DNA of 64,000 bases from Octopus sinensis (lineage: Eukaryota). Position 1 is the first letter of the stretch. Each line of letters begins with the position of its first letter. Below the pieces are notes generated by a model. It was not told the DNA's origin, did no database searches, and saw only the letters and a list, made by a program, of their open reading frames with translations. This document shows, piece by piece, positions 1 through 12,600 of this stretch. The translations under genes and the position numbers were made by a program. Location: NCBI RefSeq assembly GCF_006345805.1, contig NC_043006.1:34348001-34412000 (forward strand). Reading direction: 5' to 3'.

Positions 1-72
1 TATGCATGTGTGTATGTCATAAGAATTTTATAAATTTTTGAAAGAACGTGAACTAATTCTTTTCTGAGATAG

Positions 73-177
73 TTGGAATATCTCAAAGCACGCACATAAC
101 ATAAATAATAACATATGAATTGTGGGGTTTTCAACCCATTATTTATAGTTTTAAGTGTGCACTTTGAGATATTCCAA
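73..177. repeat. Small inverted-repeat element (possible tiny MITE)
   Basis: TTGGAATATCTCAAAG (73-88) is the exact reverse complement of CTTTGAGATATTCCAA (162-177). Confidence 0.5.
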
Positions 178-1114
178 TACATGTGTGTGTGTGTGTGTGT
201 GCTATCAAACTAAGAATGGAACCTGAAGCAGTAATACTGTTACACAAAAATGTTTGGCTCATTGCAACTGGTAGAGGTTAAAAGAATGAAGGCATGCAAG
301 ATATGAATACATACATATATACATACATACATAGATATAGATATATATAGAAAATCCTGGAGGGTTTAGCATCAAATTTTGAGAGTGAAAGCTGTACCAA
401 TCCACTAAGAAAATGTCATCGCAGAATATCACAGGTCCCACCCACCCCATCAAGAATCAGATATGAATAATGTAACAGTTTAGGGCTCAATGACCTACAT
501 TTCTTCAATGCCTAGCTAAAAATCTTAAGAAAGCTACACAGAGTAGATGTACGAGTTTTTAAGAAACCCTTGTGCATCTCTTTATATGAGTTCCCAGTTG
601 GACCAACACCGTGGCAAGAAACAAAACTAAGGGCAGCAATTATGTGATGTCAAGATAGGGAGACATAAACATACACACCACCCATATGTGTGTGTGCCAC
701 ACAGTAGGACTGAATCTGAAACCAAGTGGTTGGGAAGCAAACTTCTTAACCAACAGCCACATCGGCACTAATATATATATATACATATTATCCACACATG
801 TGGCACTATAAAATACAGCCAGTACAAACTGTTTAGTTGTTGATGATATGAAAAACATCCAGTGATATAAAAAAATTTTAAAAACCATTCCACATGAAAG
901 AACAGAAGTGAGAGAGGAGAATCCTTGGTTTCGTTACACCAATCCTTCTATGCAGATGGTCCAAGCTGTGAAATAGTGTTGGGTGTAAAACAAAGATGGT
1001 TATATCAAATATGAAGCTGAAGGCAATAATCCAGACGGAACATGACCAAATCCTCTTGAAGAACCTCAACTACAGAACAAACATAGAAAATAACAATGGC
1101 TGAAGTGAATCATT

Positions 1115-1270
1115 ATCATCATCGTTTAATGTCTGCTTTCCATGCTAGCATAGGTTGGACGATTTGACTGAGGACTGGTGAACCAGATGGCTGCACCAGG
1201 CTCCAATCTGATCTGGCACAGTTTCTACAGCTTGATGCCCTTCCAAATGCCAACCACTCCAAGAGTGGTG
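1115..1270 (-). mobile_element. Ceph-type SINE (family C), 3' part
   Basis: Reverse complement of the AGGAAGGGCATC...GCATGGAAAGCAGACATTAAACGATGATG motif that recurs many times in the window. The tail resembles an RTE LINE 3' end. Confidence 0.75.
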
Positions 1271-3754
1271 GAAGAGGGAAAGGCCAGCAATGTGGCTCAG
1301 AAGGCACCATTCTGTATTGACGACAGTCCAATTCTATCATGTTATACTACCTATATCTATGTGCCAAAGATGGTGGTCTTGAAACCAAAGCGAGAGTCAC
1401 TCTGGTATTTCTTCCTGTTAATAGTTCTTCAACAGGGAAAAATGGAAATTCTCAGACATGAGAAACAACCTCAGCTGCCATTGATAATATCAAACAAACT
1501 AGAGGCTATCTCTATTGATCTAGCTAACTACAGAGCTAAACTGGTACTTAGTTAAATCTGTCCTACTGAAAGATGCCATCTGGAGAGTCATCAAGCATTA
1601 GTGGGTGGGGGTGAGGGAGAGAAATAAAAGACAATGCCAATAATAACAAATTAAATTTTGTCAATATGTCAAGGGACGAAAGACAAAAAAACAAAACAAA
1701 ACTCGATGTTATAAGGTAAAACTCCCCCCTCCCCCATGCCCCTGGGTTAACAATAATAAATACATGTCACTGAGTACATTGTTAAAAAAGCAATTACATA
1801 ATATAAACATATACAGATGTCAGCTGACCATGTTGAAGTTGTACTTATTTACCTGTCTTTGGAGTTTGTCTCTGTTTATTGGTTGTTAGTCATACATGAA
1901 GCCTCAAGTCAGTTGAAAAGTTGACACAATGTTGTTATAAAGCCACACTCAAGTCCTTGGTGTTATGACTTGAGGTTTTCAAACTCTGAAATGTTGTGTA
2001 GTTCCAGATCTCAAAGGAAGTAACCTGAAAGGTGCCAGCCACTGTGTAATGGATTGTCTTGTAACCTCTGACATGTCAATCCTACCAACTTCAAAGGTGC
2101 CAATCACTGTGTAGTGTGTAGTCAAAAACAAGTTCCACTATTTAGCAATAGAGCTACATGAGCCAATTGTTGAAAATGACCGTTAGCTGTAATAGCAGAG
2201 ACCATTGGTGGTGGTGGTGGGAGTAGTAGTGACCGTGGTGGTGGTGGTGCTGATTGGAGTTGTAGCAGCAGGTCATTCTGAACTGCAGGTAGAACTCCAA
2301 CCAGCATCTACCAAATCCACTCACAAGGCTTTGGTCGGCCCGAGGCTATGCAGTGGGACAGAACCCAGAACCATGTGGTTGGTAAGCAAGCTTGTATATA
2401 TATATATATTATATATATATATATATAGGGAGAGTTTACAAAAAAAACAAAAGACGAAGACAGGTGGTGTACAAAACAAACAGATGTATTAGTATAATGC
2501 TCAGGAATAGAAAAAGTCTTTTATGTTTCGAGCCAACGCTCTTCTACAGAAAGGGACACAGAAAACAAGGAGAGAAAAAAATGTGTGTAGTGGCTAACGA
2601 TCTATCATGGCGTCTGACTATATATATATATATATATATATATGGGATTCTGCATAATTACCATCTACTTCCTTACTTAAAACATCGATTAGTCCAAGGC
2701 TGGCATCGAATATATTTGTCCAAGGACAGGGAGCACAAGAAACCATGCCAACGAATATGTCATCTATTTGTAACATATCATTTCACTTCTTTCTTTTCTT
2801 TCCTTTAATGAAATTCAGCACATGTAGCAGTTTCTGCTCATTTCACCACCATGGATTGAAAGGATTACAAAAAATTTCTCTAAATACCGAATTCTTCACT
2901 ATCAATATATTGTTTACCATCAAACTGGCATTGATTAAGATGAGAAACTTAATTGTTTCGAGGTGGTTTCTCTCTTGGTCAATTTGGCTGTAATTTTACG
3001 ATGGTTCATTAAGAAATATGGCAAGAGACCAGGGCCCTTAGCTAAGCTTGATTAATCTGGAGGAGAGCAGAAAATACAATTTATTTGAGAATTTAACAAC
3101 AAAGATGACGATGACTACCACCTCTCGCTATTATGATGAGGTTGTGTGTGTGTTTATAAGTATAAATGTCTATGTGTAAATATATGTGTCTGTGTGAATG
3201 CATGTATATAAAGCACAAACATGTACGTGACTTGAGATATAGTTAAATGAATTAAGTGTTAAAGATCTGAAACTTTTTTTCTTTGTTGGGGGTTAATAGA
3301 TGTGGTTAGTTCATCATGTAAAGACACTGACAAACAAGAATCTGTCCAAATCAATATGTCATTCGTTTGATGAAAATATCTTCTGCTTCACAAGTATCTT
3401 CTTTTGATTATAGGCCAAACGCTCCCTGCCCCACTGGTAGTACTGTTTGCCTTGGCAGACAACAAGTCGGCTCACACAAACAGCTATTTTCTATTCTATT
3501 CTTTTGTCTGTTTATTACTCCTTCTACACATATCCCTGCCACCGTTCTCTCATTGCCCTGCCAGAGGGCATGCTAGATGCCAATGTAAGTTTTCATTTTC
3601 ATTCTCTTCCTTCCTTTTAAATATCTTTCCTTTGCCCTCTTCCACTAGTCTTCACTTGGAGACAATTTGAACTCAGATCCATAACCTTCACTGTTACCCA
3701 CCGTAATACCACCTGTCTCTTAAGTCCATTCTGCTTCCATTTCCTTGTTAATCA

Positions 3755-4168
3755 TGGCTGTACTGGTGTGTTAAGTAGCTTGCTTACCAACCACCCGGTT
3801 CCGGGTTCAGTCCCACTGTGTGGCACGTTGGGCAAGTGTCTTCTATGATAGCCTCGGACCGACCAAAGCCTTGTGAGTGGATTTGGTAGACAGAAACTGA
3901 AAGAAACCCATCATATATATGTATATATACATGTGTGTGTGTGTTTGTGTGTCTGTATTTTCCCCCACCCCACCAACATCGCTTGACATGCAATGCTGGT
4001 GTGTTTACATCCCCGTAACTTGGCGATTTGGCAAAAAGAGACTGATAGAATAAGTACTAGGCTTACAAAGAATAAGTCCTGGGGTCGATTTGCTCAACTA
4101 AAAGGTGGTGCTCCAGCATGGCCGCAGTCAAATGACTGAAACAAGTAAAAAAAATAAAAGAATAAAGA
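3755..4168 (+). mobile_element. tRNA-derived composite SINE (family A, Meta-domain-like)
   Basis: B-box-like GGTTCAGTCCC, conserved AAAGCCTTGTGAGTGGATTTGGTAGACAGAAACTGAAAGAA block, internal (TA)/(TG)n, and second half ending AAATGACTGAAACAAGTAAAA. More than 10 copies in the window. Confidence 0.85.
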
Positions 4169-4428
4169 GTGCTGTACACTTTCTCCACCGATTAGGCCAT
4201 ACAAATAAAGCACCCTAGCAACCAATTTGCTGCTTCATCTTCAAGGCTGGCCTTGTTTCCTAAGATTCAAATTTAACTAAACAACAATGGTAACTAAACA
4301 TTGTCTTCAAATTCTATTGATAATATTTAGCCTACTTTAAATTTTATTTCCTCTTCTAATATCAACAGATACCCTTTGCAATTCCTTCCTTAGCCCCACT
4401 GCAGCAACACAACTGAATTGATCTTACA

Positions 4429-5302
4429 CAGTTGTTCTCAACCATTTTTTACCCATGGGCACCTCTGATTCCTGTTTTATTCTGTTGGACCTCCATAGCC
4501 ATTTGATCATTATCATCATCATTTAATGTCGTGTTCCATGCTAGCATGGGTGGGACGGTACCACAAAAGCCGGCCAGGCCGAAGCCTGCACCAGATTTCT
4601 GTGACTGTTTTGGCAGGATTTTTACGGCTGGATGCCCTTCCTAACACCAACCACTCAGCAGAGTGGACGATTATTTATTTTTAGAATGACAATGTTGGTT
4701 AGGTATGAGAGGCTAGATATGGATAGTTTGAATATAAAACATGTAGAGTATTTGGGGGCAGATATGACCGGTCTAAACATGAACGGGTTAAAAAGGAGAA
4801 CAAGGCATCAATTAATCAAGGAGTAAATGTTAATTGTATAAAAGAATTAAAATATTTTGTTTACTTAGTTTTTTATTTGTTTCAGTAATTTGACTGCGGC
4901 CATGCTAGAGCACTTCGTTTAGTCGAACAAATCCACCCCAGGACTTATTCTTGGCAAGCCTAGTACTTATTCTATTGGTCTTTTATGCTGAACCGCTAAG
5001 TTACAGGGATGTAAACACACCTACATTGGTTAAGCGATGGTGGTGGAGGGCAAACACAGGCACACAAACATATATATATATATATATGACAGGCTTCTTT
5101 CAGTTTCTATCTACTAAATCTACTCAGAAGGCTTTGGTCAGCCTGAACCCGGAACCATGTGGTTGTGAAGCAAGCTTCTTACAACATAGCCACACCTGCG
5201 CCTATTTTGTAGAAATATAAGCAATTTATTGCAGATAAATTTTAACGATAAAATCTTATAGGGACCCCTAAGGGTCATATGGGGCCTTGTTGAGAATTCC
5301 TG
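4429..5302. mobile_element. hAT-type MITE carrying nested SINE and MITE insertions
   Basis: Starts CAGTTGTTCTCAAC and ends GTTGAGAATTCCTG. Flanks ATCTTACA/ATCTAATG form a degenerate 8-bp TSD. The 5' part matches the MITE at 16781-17084. Confidence 0.6.
4870..5203 (-). mobile_element. Family A SINE
   Basis: Reverse complement of the family A consensus seen at 3755 and 6423. Confidence 0.8.
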
Positions 5303-5725
5303 ATCTAATGGTTCTCAAAAGGACTGCAAATGTTAAGAACACCCCATCCTACCAATTGAAAAAACAATATTCAGCACTCCCAAATGTCTGTCTTTCATAA
5401 ACTGATTACCAACAGGAAAAAGAAAAAGAAAAAAAAACCAAAGAATTAAGTGGGGGGGAAGACCAAGATTTGTGCGTGTGTGCACGCGTGTGTGTGCTGT
5501 TGCTTAACTCCAAGTCTGCACTGAACAAGCTGACCAACAATCTAAAGTCATGACCATTTAATTTTTTTTTTTTGGGGGGGGGAGGTGATGGTGGTGAGTA
5601 TGTGGGACCACATTGATGACTGTCCATTTCGAGAATGGTAAAGTGTGGTTTGAGGGTGATTTGGTTGCTGTTTCTAGCAGGTCATGTGACTGTGAAGAGA
5701 ATTTCTTTATATATATATATATATA

Positions 5726-6098
5726 TTTTTTCAGTCATTTGATTGCGGCCATGCTAGAGCATCGCCTTTAGTCGAACAAATCGACTGCGGACTTATTCTT
5801 TGTAAGCCTAGTACTTATTCTATCAGTGTCTTTTACTAAACTGTTAAATTACAGGACGTAAACACACCAACATCGGTTGTCAAGCGATGGTGGGGGGACA
5901 AACACAGACACACAAAATATACATTTATATATATGATGGGCTTCTTTCGGGTTCCGTCAACCAAATCCATTCACAAGGCTTCGGTCGGCCTGAAGCTGTA
6001 GTAGAAGACACTTGCCCAGAGTGCCATGCAGTGGGACTGAACCCGGAACCATGTGGTTGGTTAGCAAGTTACTTACCACACAGCCACTCCAGCGTCTA
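5726..6098 (-). mobile_element. Family A SINE
   Basis: Near-full-length reverse-complement copy with many CpG-to-TpG/CpA changes. Confidence 0.85.
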
Positions 6099-6422
6099 TA
6101 ATTTTATATATGCGTGTGTGTGCGTGTTATTTATGTATTTGTTTATATACTTGAATATATTACATATGGGACTATGTTTGGATGTACAAATGAGATGAAA
6201 TGCTGCAGAGATGACTTACTCAAAAGTAATGAGTCATTACATCCCTGCTCGGAATTGGTCTTGTTTTGTTTATACATGTGCACACATACCAGTTCTACTG
6301 GTGTATAAACTGCATACCTAATTTAGAGTTAAATCACGATGCAAAATTTCTTCACTTCCAAGTTTTAGCTTTGCCCCATGTATAAGTCACACCTAGTTTT
6401 TAGTTAAAATTCAAATATAATA

Positions 6423-6780
6423 TAGGCGCAGGAGTGGCTGTGTGGTAAGTAGCTTGCTTACTAACCACATGGTTCTGGGTTCAGTCCCACTGCGTGGCAG
6501 CTTGGGCAAGTGTCTTCTATTATAGCCTCGGGCCGACCAAAGCCTTGTGGGTAGATTTGGTTGATGGAAACTGAAAAGAAGCCCACTGTATATATATATG
6601 TGTGTGTGTGTGTCTGTGTTTGTCCCCCCAACATCGTCCCCGTAACTTAGCGGTTCGGCAAAAGAAACCGATAGAATAAGTACTAGGCTTACAAAGGATA
6701 AGTTCTGGTGTCGATTTGCTCAACTAAAGGCGGCGCTCCAGCATAGCCGCAGTCAAATGACTGAAAAGAGTAAAAGAGTA
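6423..6780 (+). mobile_element. Family A SINE, near full length
   Basis: A-box-like TGGCTGTGTGG, B-box-like GGTTCAGTCCC, Meta-like block, and tail AAAAGAGTAAAAGAG. Confidence 0.85.
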
Positions 6781-7311
6781 TAATGTGACTTATATTCACA
6801 GATAAATATGGTTTAGCACTCTTATTCCAATAGCTTTAACCTAAACCCTGAAGCAAGTTGAAGTTAAATGCCTGGCAAAGAAGCTGAAAGCAGGTAAAGT
6901 ATGTTACCCCAAACTGAAATCGGCTGACATCAAAACAAAAAACAACAACAAAAGCAATAATTAAAGAAGAAGGCTTATAAAAGAAAATCAATGGTCAGGT
7001 AAGTAATTCAAGGGAAGAAACTGTTCTGCATCAAGGACATGTCACTGAAGAGTTACTCTCCTTATACCAACAAAAACTCACGAGCTAATTAGCACGAGGT
7101 AGCCTCTATGTAGTCGTACAACATGCTAGAAATAGCGGTCTAAGTTTCAAGTTTCACCTGATATTCATGAAAAGAGGAGTACAATGGATAATATAGCTTC
7201 ATATATGCATTTGCCTGAGAGAATGTTGTTGGATGGTCATGGATGGAAGATTTTTGATCTTTTGTGTATATATATGTTGAAGGTTGAAAAGGAACACATG
7301 AGTTGATATGC

Positions 7312-7841
<530 letters not shown>

Positions 7842-7854
7842 TTATATATACATT

Positions 7855-8280
7855 ATCATCATCATCGTCATCGTTCTATGTCTGTTTGTTTGCCATGCTA
7901 GCACGGTTTGGACAGTTCGACTGGGGTCTGGGAAGCCAGGAGGCTGCACCAGGCTCCAGTCTGATCTGGCAGTGTTTCTACAGCTGGATGCCCTTCCTAA
8001 CGCCAACCACTCACCCAAGTGGATGCTTTATATGTGCCACCAGCACAGGTATCACAATTACAATTTCCATTTGATTTTCATTTTGATGTTGATACATACA
8101 TACATACATACATATATATATGGTACTGGTTCCATGTAAAAAGCATCCAGTACAACCCAAGTGGTTGGCATTAGGAAGGGCATCCAACTGTAGAACCCAT
8201 GCTGGTGCAGCTCCTGTCAAGACATTCCACCCATGCCAGCATGGAAAACAGACATTAAATGATGATGATGATGATATTGT
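7855..8280. mobile_element. Two family C SINEs in head-to-head orientation
   Basis: Minus copy at about 7855-8090 and plus copy at about 8120-8280 (TTAGGAAGGGCATCCAACTGTAGAA...GACATTAAATGATGATG). Confidence 0.7.
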
Positions 8281-8382
8281 GCACTGAGTCAGTGCACTGA
8301 TTAACATTTTTGTTGTACAATCAATTGAACTGAATACACATTGAATTACAAGTCTACATGGCTGAGTATTCCATAGACTTAC

Positions 8383-8571
8383 ATACTTAACATAAATCTT
8401 AAAGCAAAACCAACATGATACACTGATAGAGGAGAGTCCATCCGACAGACTTCCCGTACAACTTTCCCATACTTGTCCTGGCCTGGAGGTTGTTGGGCTG
8501 GGCTGGTCTGTGAGGTGACAGGATGACTTAAGGAATGAAAATATGTTTCTTGGGCTGCGTTGTAGAAGTAA
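8383..8571 (-). CDS. Candidate internal exon of the host gene (189 nt, two open frames)
   Basis: Non-repetitive, GC-richer island on the minus strand, bounded by GTTGTTCAG| (acceptor, weak pyrimidine tract) and TAT|GTAAGT (donor). Length is divisible by 3. Product not recognised. Confidence 0.3.
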
Positions 8572-8674
8572 CTGAACAACATTTAACAGATTTCGTGAAC
8601 ATTTAACAGATTTCATTATTGCACATAAAGACAAACTACGTTGGTCTTTTACAGACAACAAAAGCAATAATTCC

Positions 8675-8718
<44 letters not shown>

Positions 8719-8873
8719 CTGCTTGGAGTTTATGGCAAGTTATTGATATGTCAATGTGTGGTTTTCCCAACAGAACTAGAAACAATTGAGCTGTATTCAG
8801 GTTGAATAAATAAAACAAACAAAATACATAACCTTAAAAACTCGACCAATCATTTCATAAGGAGACTCTACAG

Positions 8874-9140
8874 CAGTGTTTCTCAAACTATCTGATGTGG
8901 CATACTGGCAGTTTTTTTCCCCAATGTGCCAGGGACAGGTAATATTTCTTAGTAATATTAATTTACACCGGAAACAATATATATAATGAATATAATAAAA
9001 GTTGACAATTTTTTTTTTATCTTATGTTTATTTTGTAAACAAATAATACAATATTACATAAGCATTTTATGTTTCTTTCTTTTCTGGAAACTTGCCGCAT
9101 ACCGGCACCGGTCCACAGAGTACCACTTTGAGTAGCACTG
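8874..9140. mobile_element. hAT (Charlie-like) MITE
   Basis: TIRs CAGTGTTTCTCAAA / TTTGAGTAGCACTG. Flanks CTCTACAG / CTCTACCA resemble an 8-bp TSD of the NTCTAGAN type. Confidence 0.7.
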
Positions 9141-9600
9141 CTCTACCAAACCACTCCCAAAGCAAATTAAAACAATAAATTAATGAACGAAAAACAAAAC
9201 TGTCCCCCAAAATTATAACTTAACCCTATACATGTAAAAGAGGACAATTAAGTCATTTATGCATTTATTTATCGGCACCATCTGTCTGGTTGTCTGGTAG
9301 GTAAAAATGCACACCAAACAGATTTTATAGAGGACCAGAAATCAAATTCTTGAATGTAATATGGTTTTTGTACTTATTTAAAATGAAAGTATGAAAATAA
9401 CCCTTAAGATAAGGAGTTATCGTTTGTTTCTTACTCACATGGCACACACATTCATGCAACCCTTTTTTGCCATTTAAGGATTAATTATTAAAGTAAGTGC
9501 TGACACTTAATGTGACAAACATTGTAACTTTAATTGGTCAAACCTACAATTAATTACAAAAAGACAAAGGTAATGTCGTTCTAAAAAGGTTGTTGTTTAG

Positions 9601-12600
9601 CACCAAAGAGGCCCTGTTGTCCCAGACAATATGCACTGAGGAGGCCCTGTTGTCCCAGACAATATGCACTGAGGAGGCCCTGTTGTCCCAGACAATGTGC
9701 ATCAAGGAGGCCCTGTTGTACCAGACAATATGCACTGAGGAGGCCCTGTTGTACTAGACAATGTGCATCAAGGAGGCCCTGTTGTACCAGACAATATGCA
9801 CTGAGGAGGCCCTGTTGTACCAGACAATGTGCATCAAGGAGGCCCTGTTGTACCAGACAATATGCACTGAGGAGGCCCTGTTGTCCCAGACAATGTGCAT
9901 CAAGGAGGCCCTGTTGTACCAGACAATATGCACTGAGGAGGCCCTGTTGTACCAGACAATGTGCATCAAGGAGGCCCTGTTGTACCAGACAATGTGCATC
10001 AAGGAGGCCCTGTTGTCCCAGACAATGTGCACTGAGGAGGCCCTGTTGTACCAGACAATGTGCATCAAGGAGGCCCTGTTGTACCAGACAATGTGCATCA
10101 AGGAGGCCCTGTTGTACCAGACAATGTGCATCAAGGAGGCCCTGTTGTACCAGACAATGTGCATCAAGGAGGCCCTGTTGTACCAGACAATATGCATCAA
10201 GGAAGCCCTGTTGTCCCAGACAATGTGCACCAAGGAGGCCCTGTTGTCCCAGACAATGTGCATCAAGGAGGCCCTGTTGTACCAGACAATGTGCACCAAG
10301 GAGGCCCTGTTGTACCAGACAATGTGCACCAAGGAGGCCCTGTTGTACCAGACAATGTGCACCAAGGAGGCCCTGTTGTACCAGACAATGTGCATCAAGG
10401 AGGCCCTGTTGTACCAGACAATGTGCACCAAGGAGGCCCTGTTGTACCAGACAATATGCACCGAGGAGGCCCTGTTGTACCAGACAATGTGCATCAAGGA
10501 GGCCCTGTTGTCCCAGACAATGTGCATCAAGGAGGCCCTGTTGTACCAGACAATGTGCACCAAGGAGGCCCTGTTGTACCAGACAATGTGCACCAAGGAG
10601 GCCCTGTTGTACCAGACAATATGCACCAAAGAGGCCCTGTTGTCCCAGACAATGTGCATCAAGGAGGCCCTGTTGTACCAGACAATGTGCACCAAGGAGG
10701 CCCTGTTGTACCAGACAATGTGCATCAAGGAGGCCCTGTTGTACCAGACAATGTGCATCAAGGAGGCCCTGTTGTACCAGACAATGTGCACCAAGGAGGC
10801 CCTGTTGTACCAGACAATGTGCACCAAGGAGGCCCTGTTGTACCAGACAATGTGCATCAAGGAGGCCCTGTTGTACCAGACAATGTGCACCAAGGAGGCC
10901 CTGTTGTACCAGACAATATGCACCGAGGAGGCCCTGTTGTACCAGACAATGTGCATCAAGGAGGCCCTGTTGTACCAGACAATGTGCATCAAGGAGGCCC
11001 TGTTGTCCCAGACAATGTGCACCAAGGAGGCCCTGTTGTACCAGACAATGTGCATCAAGGAGGCCCTGTTGTACCAGACAATGTGCACCAAAGAGGCCCT
11101 GTTGTCCCAGACAATGTGCATCAAGGAGGCCCTGTTGTACCAGACAATATGCACTGAGGAGGCCCTGTTGTACTAGACAATGTGCATCAAGGAGGCCCTG
11201 TTGTACCAGACAATGTGCACCAAAGAGGCCCTGTTGTCCCAGACAATGTGCATCAAGGAGGCCCTGTTGTACCAGACAATGTGCACCAAGGAGGCCCTGT
11301 TGTACCAGACAATGTGCATCAATGAGGCCCTGTTGTACCAGACAATGTGCACCAAGGAGGCCCTGTTGTACCAGACAATGTGCATCAAGGAGGCCCTGTT
11401 GTATCAGACAATGTGCACCAAGGAGGCCCTGTTGTCCCAGACAATGTGCATCAAGGAGGCCCTGTTGTCCCAGACAATGTGCACCAAGGAGGCCCTGTTG
11501 TACCAGACAATGTGCACCAAGGAGGCCCTGTTGTACCAGACAATGTGCACCAAGGAGGCCCTGTTGTACCAGACAATGTGCATCAAGGAGGCCCTGTTGT
11601 ACCAGACAATGTGCACCAAGGAGGCCCTGTTGTACCAGACAATATGCACTGAGGAGGCCCTGTTGTACTAGACAATGTGCATCAAGGAGGCCTGTGTACC
11701 AGACAATGTGCATCAAGGAGGCCCTGTTGTACCAGACAATGTGCACCAAGGAGGCCCTGTTGTACCAGACAATGTGCACCGAGGAGGCCCTGTTGTACCA
11801 GACAATGTGCATCAAGGAGGCCCTGTTGTACCAGACAATGTGCACCAAGGAGGCCCTGTTGTACAAGACAATGTGCACCAAGAAGGCCCTGTTGTATCAG
11901 ACAATGTGCATCAAGGAGGCCCTGTTTTACCAGACAATGTGCACCAAGGAGGCCCTGTTGTACCAGACAATGTGCACCAAGGAGGCCCTGTTGTACCAGA
12001 CAATGTGCATCAAGGAGGCCCTGTTGTATCAGACAATGTGCACCAAGGAGGCCCTGTTGTCCCAGACAATGTGCATCAAGGAGGCCCTGTTGTCCCAGAC
12101 AATGTGCATCAAGGAGGCCCTGTTGTACCAGACAATGTGCACCAAGGAGGCCCTGTTGTCCCAGACAATGTGCATCAAGGAGGCCCTGTTGTACCAGACA
12201 ATGTGCACCAAGGAGGCCCTGTTGTACCAGACAATGTGCATCAAGGAGGCCCTGTTGTCCCAGACAATGTACACCAAGGAGGCCCTGTTGTCCCAGACAA
12301 TGTGCATCAAGGAGGCCCTGTTGTCCCAGACAATGTGCATCAAGGAGGCCCTGTTGTATCAGACAATGTGCACCAAGGAGGCCCTGTTGTACCAGACAAT
12401 GTGCACCAGACAATATGCACTGAGGAGGCCCTGTTGTACTAGACAATGTGCATCAAGGAGGCCCTGTTGTACCAGACAATGTGCATCAAGGAGGCCCTGT
12501 TGTACCAGACAATGTGCACCAAGGAGGCCCTGTTGTACCAGACAATGTGCATCAAGGAGGCCCTGTTGTACCAGACAATGTGCACCAAAGAGGCCCTGTT

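Noticed and set aside
3585-3648. Plus-strand 64-nt intron-like stretch (GTAAGT...CACTAG)
   Set aside because: The flanks show no convincing coding exons, and such motifs arise by chance in 64 kb.
6996-7004. Perfect plus-strand donor CAG|GTAAGT
   Set aside because: No upstream acceptor or open exon. An isolated 9-mer is expected by chance.
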